NCBI GenBank assembly: GCA_038210825.1 | Contig: JBBQWG010000001.1 | Location: forward strand, 151,630 to 215,629 | Origin: Verrucomicrobiales bacterium | GTDB taxonomy: Bacteria > Verrucomicrobiota > Verrucomicrobiia > Verrucomicrobiales > V1-33 | DNA: 64,000 nucleotides | Direction of reading: 5' to 3' | Part shown: piece after piece, positions 43,786-51,882 of the stretch | Layout: the number at the start of each line of letters is the position of its first letter | How positions within the stretch are numbered: the stretch's first letter is position 1 | Translations under genes and position numbers: made by a program | Notes under the pieces: model-generated | Seen by the model: only the letters and a program-made list of their open reading frames with translations | Told to the model about the DNA's origin: nothing | The model's database searches: none

Positions 43786-44337
43786 GTGAAACGAAATATC
43801 AGTCTAATTGGCAATTTTGTCCGGCGTATTTACCACTGGGCTTTTTGCTATCAAAAGGAGCGGGTGATCGAACAATACAAATGCTGCTCTGTTCTTGGTT
43901 TCAATATTTTTGCGCCGGATGAATACAGGCATGAGATAAGGGCGACACTGATAATGCTCCAGGAACTGAAGCCGGAGTTATTGAGCTATATCTCAACGCA
44001 CGTTAAAAGCATTTATGTATCCGATATTGGGGTTGGTATCGGATATATTCAGGAATCAATTGTCATTTTCCATGATGCAAAATGCGAAATCGGCACCTTG
44101 ATGGAAGCTGAATATTTCTGGGAATACCTTGTGCCATGGTTTATATATACTGCTATCGTTAGTGATTTATATAAGCAGGGATTCACCAGTATTTTATTTC
44201 GTTTTTCAAAACTGAAGCGACAGGCATTTAAGGAGAGCAGACGACTGGCCTCCGAGCTGGCTCTTGAATATCGGAATCGGGAAACAATCCTGGAGATCCC
44301 GTGGGAGAAAATTCAAGATTCCGTGTGCATCAAATGA
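43786..44337 (+). CDS. Orphan hypothetical protein in an AT-rich islet
   Basis: A 183-aa ORF with a GTG start. Composition is very different from its neighbours: a hand count of line 44041-44100 gives 23/60 G+C. It is rich in I/K/Y/F/E, and I recognise no motif. Confidence 0.5.
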   Translation: MKRNISLIGNFVRRIYHWAFCYQKERVIEQYKCCSVLGFNIFAPDEYRHEIRATLIMLQELKPELLSYISTHVKSIYVSDIGVGIGYIQESIVIFHDAKCEIGTLMEAEYFWEYLVPWFIYTAIVSDLYKQGFTSILFRFSKLKRQAFKESRRLASELALEYRNRETILEIPWEKIQDSVCIK

Positions 44338-44451
44338 CTGGGGAATTTGCTTGGGCCCGTGTGGTTTCGTTGCAAAGCATAAGATTGGGCACGGGGAAAA
44401 GCAATTTGCCGGGGAGCAATCTTCCAGATACGATCCCGGGCCTGATCAACC

Positions 44452-45054
44452 ATGAGTGACATCCCCCACAATGAAGACGAAAGAAGCGGCAGAACAGATG
44501 ACGGTGTCACCACGACGATTGCCTCGGAGCGGTTGGAATTGATTCCCCTGACTCCGGCTTTCCTTGAGGCCATGCTGGGACAGGACCTCCCGAAGGCCGG
44601 GCGAGTGGTGCGACTGGCGCTGCCGGAAGGTTTGCTGGATTCCCTGGACGTCATGGAGTTGCGCCTTGAACAGCTGCGGGCGGATGCCAGGTTTCAGCCA
44701 TGGTCGCTTCGGGCGATAGCACTCCGGGATCGCGGAGTCATGATCGGCCACATTGGATTCCACACCGCCCCCGGTGCCGACTATCTAATCCCTTATGCTC
44801 CGGGAGGGGTGGAATTTGGTTTCACCGTGTATCCGCCCTGGCTCCGTCAGGGTTACGCCCGCGAGGCTTCGCTGGCGCTCATGAACTGGGCTCACCGGAT
44901 CCATGGCGTGACGCAATTTGTGTTGAGCATCCGGCCGGACAATACGGCCTCGCAAGCACTCGCCGCAAGCCTTGGTTTTGTGAGGATCGGTTCCCCTATG
45001 GATGAAGTGGACGGCCTTGAAGATATTCTGGAGCGCAGACTCGGCGGGGTGTGA
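44452..45054 (+). CDS. GNAT-family N-acetyltransferase (RimJ/RimL-like)
   Basis: SERLELIPLTPAFLEAML is followed by the acetyl-CoA motif region WLRQGYAREASLALMNWAH and RPDNTASQALAASLGFVRIG. Confidence 0.85.
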   Translation: MSDIPHNEDERSGRTDDGVTTTIASERLELIPLTPAFLEAMLGQDLPKAGRVVRLALPEGLLDSLDVMELRLEQLRADARFQPWSLRAIALRDRGVMIGHIGFHTAPGADYLIPYAPGGVEFGFTVYPPWLRQGYAREASLALMNWAHRIHGVTQFVLSIRPDNTASQALAASLGFVRIGSPMDEVDGLEDILERRLGGV

Positions 45055-45155
45055 GGTAATAGATCCTCAAATCGCAGTTCAGCGCCCGGCTAGTCCATGC
45101 GCGGATTTTTGGCTGTCGGATTTTTGGCTTGTCACGCCCGTCCGTTCAATTCCTA

Positions 45156-48100
45156 ATGCGCTTTGTGTCCACTTTCGTGTCGCCAGTCCTTGCACTCGTC
45201 CTCAGCGGACTGTTTGTCCTGGGGTCACCCGCGAATACGCTGCCCGACCCCATGGCGGAGGGCTGGACCAGTGAAACTTTTGCGGAAAATGCGGGGAAAG
45301 CATTAAGTCAGCTCGGTGACCGCCTCAAGAAAGGGGACCTTGCTGCCTATGCCACGACGCCCTCGGACGTGCTCCGGCCGGCGACCCTGTCAAAAGTGTA
45401 TGATGGTCCGGATTTTTCCGTGCACCGGGGGGTGATGGCCCAGGGAGGGAGTCCCCGGCCCAAACTGCAGACGGCCTTGTCAGCGGTGCGGGCTGCGTTT
45501 TCAGCGCCGGGTCCGGCCAGGCTGAAATTCAAAGTGTTTGGTATCGCGGGTAAAACCACCCGCCAATACGTCTCCATATTTGGTCCAGCAGAGGGCGGAC
45601 TGCTCGAAATCAACGCCACCTGGGAGACCCGATGGGAAGGGGAGGCTGCGGCCCCGGTTCTGGCGGAAGTCAGGATTGAAGCCTACGAAGAAGTGCGGCG
45701 GCAGGCTCCGCAGACCCTTTTTGTCGATGCCACCCACGCAGTGCTGCCCACCGATGCCGGCGTGCGCCAGCAGTATATGACGGGCACGGATGGATGGCGC
45801 GAACGCATCGAAACCTTCAACCGCATGTTCAAGTTTGCCTATTGCGGGCTGGCGATCGGCGATGCGGATGGGGACGGGCTTGATGATCTGTTCTCCTGCC
45901 AGAATGGAGGCCTGCCAAACCGCCTCTTCCTGCAAAACCCTGACGGCACGCTGAGGGACGCTACCGAATCTTCGGGGCTGGGCATGCTGGACGCCACGCA
46001 AGCCGCCCTGTTTGTGGATCTGGACAACGATGGTGACCAGGACCTGGTCGCCACCATGCCATCCGGACTGGTGTTTTTTGAGAACCTTGGCCATGCCAGA
46101 TTTCAACTGCGTTTGAAATCGCGGGTAGCCGAAGCCGGTTACTCACTGGCAGCCGCCGATTACGACGGCAATGGCTATGTGGATATTTTCGTGTGCCGCT
46201 ACCACGCGGACAAAAAGGAGGGGGCCCAACTGGCCGTCCCGGTGCCGTATTTCAATGCGGAGAACGGCGGGGCCAACTACCTCGTCCGCAATCTCGGACC
46301 GTCCAAAACAGGAGGCTGGCTCGACTTCGACGACGCCACTCAGGAGGCCGGCCTCGATGTCCGGAACCGCCGCTTCAGCTTTGCCGCCGTGTGGGATGAC
46401 CTCGACAATGATGGTGACCCCGACCTCGTCATCGCCAACGATTTCGGGCGCAAGATCTGCTACCTGAATGATCTGATTCCCACAGGGAAAGCCCGGTTCC
46501 GGGAGGTCGCCGAAGCCGTGGGCCTGACGGACGGCGGGTTTGGCATGTCGGTGGCCACGGCGGACTTCAACCGCGATGGCAAACGGGACCTATACTTTGG
46601 CAACATGTTCTCGGCGGCGGGGAGCAGGATCACCCGGCAGCCCAAATTCCGGCCAGGGGACTCCGACACCATCGTGGCTGAATTCCAGCATATGGCCCGG
46701 GGAAACACCCTGTATCTCGGCAGCGGGGACGCGGCAAAACCAGGATTCAATGACGTCAGCGAACCCTCGGGCACGGCGATGGGCCGCTGGAGCTGGGGCG
46801 CGGTGCCTGCGGATATCAATCACGACGGCTGGGAGGACCTGCTTGTCGCTAACGGCTATGTCACCGGACGGGATCCGGGTGATTTGTGAAGCGTGGTCTG
46901 GCGGCAGGTCGTGTCGTCTTCACCGCTGGATCCCACGAAGGTCGCTGAAGCCAACGACCGCCAAAGCCCATACCGGAAATCCATCCTGGGGGTTGATGAC
47001 CTGCTGGACCGCGGATTTTCGCTCAGCGGGCATGAGCGGAATGTCTGCTTCCTGAACACCGCAGGAACGGGCGGAGGACGCTTCGCCACCGTGAGTGCGG
47101 CGTCGGGATTTGACTTCGATGATGATGCCCGGGCCGTCGTGGCGGTGGATTGGGATGGCGATGGGGACCTCGACACCTGGACCAGCAACCGCACCGCGCC
47201 GATGCTTCGGTTTCTGAAAAATACCCACAGCGAATCAGGTGCCAAAGACGACTGGCTGCAGATCCGCGTTGAGGCGACCCGTGGAGCGCGCGATGGCATT
47301 GGGGCCCTCGTCAAGGTCGTGTTGGAGAACGGAACGGAAGTCGTCCGCGTGTTGAAGGCGGGGGAAGGTTTTCTCAGCCAGTCCAGCAAGTGGCTGCACT
47401 TCGGCCTCGGCCGCGATGCCAAAGTCCGTCAGGTGCAGGTCCGCTGGCCGGGGAGAGGTGAGGAAAGTTTCGGCGGAGTGCAGCCGGCAGGGCATTTTGT
47501 TCTGATGGAGGGCGTAAAACTGGCCCGGCCTCAGCCGCGCAGGGCGGTTCCAGCGTTGCCCGCCGGGCCGGTCCCCCCGCCGGAGACGGCGGCGTCGACG
47601 GCCGCTTATGCCGGTTCGCGGGTGGCCGCTCCGCAGCTTCCCTACCTTGGGTTCGATGGGAAAAATCTGAATGTGGGCGGGAAATCCGGCCAACTGACGA
47701 TCGTCAACCTTTGGGCGACGTGGTGCCTCCCTTGTCTCATTGAACTGAAGGATCTCGCGGCTCACCACGCCGCGTTAAAAAAGATGGGGCTGCGGGTGGT
47801 GGCTCTCTCGGTGGATGGCCTGACGGAGGGCGGCACCCCGGGGGATCCAGCCGCCTTGGTGACGAAGTTGAAACTTCCCTTCGAGTGCGGCCGGGCCACG
47901 CCGGCTTTGGTTCGCCGCGTGGAAAAACTCCGCACCAACAGTTGGGGAGTGAAATGGCCGTTCCCGGTGCCCGCCAGTCTGCTGCTTGATGGAGATGGAC
48001 GTCTCCTCGCCATATATTATGGTCCAGTGAGCCCCGCCCGGCTGTTGGCCGATGTGCCCCGCGCCGCGCTCGCACCGGAAGCCTTGCACGACGCCGCAAT

Positions 48101-48644
48101 GCCGTTCCCCGGAACATGGGTCGAGCGACCCAACCGCCCGATCCCCATGGCCCTTGCGCTCGACCTGATGGACGAGGGCGATTTGGATGCCACCTTGGAA
48201 TTTGTCTCCCGGATTGATCCGGAGTTGTCCCGCCATCCCGACTTTGCCACCCTCATGACCTGGATCGGCGACGGTCTGATGGCGCGCGGCGACTCCCAAG
48301 CCGCCCTGCAAGCCTTCGCCACCGGACTGAAGGCCGACGCCAATAACATTTCCCTGCTCAACAACCTGGCATGGCAGCTGGCCGCTCATCCTATCGAAAA
48401 AATCCGCGACGGCCCCCAAGCGGTGCGCCATGCTGAAAAAGCGGCCGCTTTGACCCGGCATGCCGACCCGTCGGTCCTGGATACCCTGGCCGCCGCCTAC
48501 TCCCAGGCAGGGCAATTCCCCGAAGCGGTCGCCACCGCAGAAAAAGCACTCGCTCTGGCTGAAAAATCCCGGAACCAAACGCTGGCCGATGGCATCCTCA
48601 AAGGATTGTCCTTCTATCGCAAGGGTCGGGCTTACGGCCGCTGA
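45156..48644 (+). CDS. Candidate selenoprotein: secreted FG-GAP/VCBS-repeat + ASPIC/UnbV + thioredoxin-like (CxxC) + TPR protein, read through an in-frame UGA at 46887-46889. The ORF track splits it into 45129..46889 and 46893..48644
   Basis: Both ORFs share one frame (46893-45129 = 1764 = 3 x 588) and are separated by TGA plus one Ser codon. The signal peptide MRFVSTFVSPVLALVLSGLFVLG occurs only on the first ORF. FG-GAP repeats lie upstream. UnbV-like GIGALVKVVLENGTEVVRVLKAGEGFLSQSSKWLHFGLG, the motif WATWCLPC and TPRs lie downstream. A SECIS-like hairpin follows the UGA, and the Sec machinery lies in the same window. Confidence 0.55.
46887..46932 (+). promoter_or_regulatory. In-frame UGA followed by a SECIS-like stem-loop
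   Basis: UGA is at 46887-46889, followed by a 10-nt spacer. A 7-bp stem pairs 46900-46906 (GGCGGCA) with 46912-46918 (UGUCGUC), using 5 Watson-Crick and 2 G-U pairs. The apical loop is GGUCG (46907-46911). The motif GCAGGUC is shared with the E. coli fdhF SECIS apex as I recall it. An alternative 10-bp outer stem pairs 46895-46904 with 46923-46932. Confidence 0.5.
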
Positions 48645-48781
48645 GACGGATGCCTGTTCGCGTGGTCTGTTTGTGTATTCCGTTTTTCACATGAAGCTTT
48701 AATATTTTTCTTCCCAGACCTCAGGAAATCCCTTATGCAGAGACTCCCCCGGAAGCTTAAAGTCCTGTGCTGCCCAGTCCT

Positions 48782-51769
48782 ATGAAAACCATTTTCACCA
48801 TTCCCCGATTCGAGATTTGGCGGATCCGCAATCTTTGGGCCTGCCTGATGGCAGCCGCTGCGCTTTGCGGCCTCGCCCCGGTGCACGCCGCCCCGGTCCC
48901 TATCAACAACGCCAGCTTTGAAAGCGCCAATTACAGCGGCGCCAACAGTTGGACCAATGATCTCAATGACGCCAACCCCGAGACCACCATCGAATGGACG
49001 GGCCGGGATGGAAGCAGCAGTGGCCAGAGCTTCATTGAGCGCATCGGGGGATTTATTTCCCATGGCGTGGCCCACGTCGGCATGGAAGTCGGTTATTTCA
49101 TCTATCAGGACACCGAGGCCCCTTGGCTTCCCAATACCCGATACACCCTCACCGTTGGGGTCGGCAGGCGGAACGCGGCTTTCAGCACGGCCACCAATCT
49201 GACCACCATCGGTTTGACAAACACCTTCCCCGTCGGGAGCAACGCGGCAGAAGTGATTCTCAATGATCCTTTTCTGGCGGAAGCCAATGCCACCAAAAAC
49301 GTGTCCCCCCAGGCGCTCAGCAGCTTTGCGGATCTGTCGTTAGTCTTCACAACCGGGGCCACGGCACCAACCGGAACAATCATTGTGTTTTTAGGGGATC
49401 AATCAGGCACCGGGCGGTCCCATTTTGACAACGTCCGGCTCGATGCGGTGTCGGCGCTGGATCCGGATGGAGACGGTTTACCAAGCGACTGGGAAATTGC
49501 CAATCAGCTCGATCCGAACAGTGCCGCCGGAATCCATGGGGCGGGCGGGGACCCTGACAATGATGGATCCCCCAATTCTGAGGAATTCGCGAGAAGAACC
49601 AATCCCCAAAACCCCGATACTGACGGAGACGGGGCCAAGGACGGGGCCGAAACCAAGACCGGAATTTTTGTTTCCCTGACTAATCTTGGCACTGATCCCC
49701 TGGTGGCGGATTCCGATGGAGATACCCTGCTGGACGGCAGTGAACCCTTGGCCAATCCCCACGTGACCGACCCCAACAAGGCGGATACGGACGGGGATCA
49801 ATTCGAAGACCAGGCCGAGATCGCTTCCGGAACCAATCCGGCGGTAGGCGGGCAAGCAGACTTTCCCTCCTCCACCAGCGACCTCATTTTGGGCCTCAAC
49901 TTCATCGGTGGACGGGTGGATGGAAGCTTGGGCGGTTCGGTCACTGGATCCGCAGGGGTCGTCCCCCAATCCAACTGGAACAACCTCGCCGACCTCTCAG
50001 GCGCAGGCGCACCGCTCAAAAATGCGGGCGGCACCGGAGTCATCATGCGGGCAGAGTGGACGGTGGACGACACTTACACGGTGCTTCAAGGCGCAATCCC
50101 GGCTGATTCCGACGCCTCGCTCATGCAAGGGCTGCTCAGAACCCGTAAGGGAGTGCCCACCCAGGTAACCGTTCGCAACATCTCCGTGCCTACTTATGAC
50201 GTTTATGTCTATGCCGACGGCGAAGGCACTGACCGCACCGCCACATACACCGTGAATGGCCAAACCATCTCAGGAGTGATGGACAATGAGAATTGGCCCA
50301 TCGATACCGGCGGTGGTGTCTTCAAAGTAGTGACTGGCAATGGTGCAGCCGGCAACTACCTCCTTTTCCGCAATGTTACGGGACCCACCATGACCCTCAC
50401 CGTGGTTAATACCACTCCTTCCAATGACTTCGGGGGTCCGGTGAATGCGATCCAAATCGTGCGCGCCACGGGCGACACCGATGGCGACGGGATGCCTGAC
50501 ATCTGGGAAGATGCCAATGGGCTCAACAAAAACGTCAACGATGCCGGCGGGGATCCCGATGCCGACGGATCCTTGAACCTGCAGGAATTCCAGCGCAATA
50601 CCAACCCTCAGGATCCTGATTCGGATGATGATGGCCTGTTGGATGGAGTCGAAACCAAGACGGGCATCTACCTGAACGCGGGCAACACCGGAACCGATCC
50701 CCTCAAGGCTGACACCGACGGCGACGGACTGAACGATGCCATCGAAAACAACTCCGGGATCTTTGTGGATGCCAACAACCCTGGCACCGATCCCAACAAG
50801 GCCGACACTGATAACGATGGCTTCAGTGACAGTGAGGAAATCGCTGCCGGCACCAGCCCTGTCAGTGCCGCCAGCAAACCAGTTCTTCCTATCCCGCTGG
50901 GCTATTGGCCCTTCAACGACCAGGGCATGACCACCACCGCCGACCTCTCGCCTGCCGGCAATGCTGGGAATCTCCAGGGTGGCACCACCTATGTAGCGGG
51001 CCACACCGGTGCGGCAGGGGATTTCGCCATCCAATTCAATGGGATTGATGCCGCAGTGACTACCGGCATCCCACTCCTTGATGGCCTCGACCAATTCACC
51101 ATGTCGGGCTGGCTCAATTTCACCGCAGACCAAGCCGCCCGGACCGGCATCTTCGGTCAGAATGACGTGGTGGAATTTGCATTTTCCACTGCTCCTACCA
51201 TCGAACTGTGGAACCCCACGGGCGGAGCGATCAACACGCCGTCGGCCCCTGCAGGAGGCGGGACATGGAACCACATCGCTGTCACTGCCAGCGATACCGG
51301 CCGCCGCATCTACATCAATGGAGTCCTGGTCGCTTCCGGCAGCGTCGGAACCCCCACCGCCACCACCGGCGGCAGCTTCAACATCGGCGGAGCGGGCATC
51401 GCGGACGCTGCGGGCAACTGGTTCAATGGAGCCATCGACGACGTGGCGGTCTGGAACACTTCACTCAGCGCGACCTTCGTCAGCCAACTGGCCAGCAAGG
51501 CGATCTCACCGCTGCCTGCGGCTCCTTCCGGCGAATTTGGGATCCGCAGCATCAACTTCAACCAGGCCACCCGCCAGTTCACCTTGAGTTATGATAGCAC
51601 GGCCGGCGTCCAGTATGTTGTGGAATTCCTTGATCCCAACCACCCGACGCTCAATAACACATGGCAGTCCACCCCCACCGTGACCGCGACCGGATCGGTT
51701 AGCACCTATACGGAGACCATGCCTGCGGGGGCGAACCGGCGCATCTTCCGGGTAAGGCGCCTACCCTGA
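48782..51769 (+). CDS. Secreted protein with thrombospondin type-3-like calcium-binding repeats and a C-terminal LamG domain
   Basis: Signal peptide MKTIFTIPRFEIWRIRNLWACLMAAAALCGLAPVHA. Repeated D-x-D-x-D-G units are present (DPDGDGLPSDWE, DPDNDGSPNSEEF, DTDGDGAKDG, DSDGDTLLDG and a second block). The LamG region is FTMSGWLNF...WNHIAVT...RIYINGVLV...NGAIDDVAVWN. Confidence 0.8.
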   Translation: MKTIFTIPRFEIWRIRNLWACLMAAAALCGLAPVHAAPVPINNASFESANYSGANSWTNDLNDANPETTIEWTGRDGSSSGQSFIERIGGFISHGVAHVGMEVGYFIYQDTEAPWLPNTRYTLTVGVGRRNAAFSTATNLTTIGLTNTFPVGSNAAEVILNDPFLAEANATKNVSPQALSSFADLSLVFTTGATAPTGTIIVFLGDQSGTGRSHFDNVRLDAVSALDPDGDGLPSDWEIANQLDPNSAAGIHGAGGDPDNDGSPNSEEFARRTNPQNPDTDGDGAKDGAETKTGIFVSLTNLGTDPLVADSDGDTLLDGSEPLANPHVTDPNKADTDGDQFEDQAEIASGTNPAVGGQADFPSSTSDLILGLNFIGGRVDGSLGGSVTGSAGVVPQSNWNNLADLSGAGAPLKNAGGTGVIMRAEWTVDDTYTVLQGAIPADSDASLMQGLLRTRKGVPTQVTVRNISVPTYDVYVYADGEGTDRTATYTVNGQTISGVMDNENWPIDTGGGVFKVVTGNGAAGNYLLFRNVTGPTMTLTVVNTTPSNDFGGPVNAIQIVRATGDTDGDGMPDIWEDANGLNKNVNDAGGDPDADGSLNLQEFQRNTNPQDPDSDDDGLLDGVETKTGIYLNAGNTGTDPLKADTDGDGLNDAIENNSGIFVDANNPGTDPNKADTDNDGFSDSEEIAAGTSPVSAASKPVLPIPLGYWPFNDQGMTTTADLSPAGNAGNLQGGTTYVAGHTGAAGDFAIQFNGIDAAVTTGIPLLDGLDQFTMSGWLNFTADQAARTGIFGQNDVVEFAFSTAPTIELWNPTGGAINTPSAPAGGGTWNHIAVTASDTGRRIYINGVLVASGSVGTPTATTGGSFNIGGAGIADAAGNWFNGAIDDVAVWNTSLSATFVSQLASKAISPLPAAPSGEFGIRSINFNQATRQFTLSYDSTAGVQYVVEFLDPNHPTLNNTWQSTPTVTATGSVSTYTETMPAGANRRIFRVRRLP

Positions 51770-51882
51770 ATAAATCCATAACTGGAGAGTTGGCCGGTGA
51801 GATCTCGCCCCGTCCGACCGGATTATTTCCGGCGGGCGGGGGACCAAAAAGAATGTAAAGAGGAAGCGGAATAGTTTCCGCA

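Noticed and set aside
44452-45054. Considered the GNAT gene plus the upstream AT-rich ORF as a GNAT-toxin/antitoxin pair (TacT/AtaT-like).
   Set aside because: The GNAT is RimJ/RimL-like in length and motifs. The upstream ORF is 183 aa with no RHH/DUF1778 features, and the two are separated by 114 nt.
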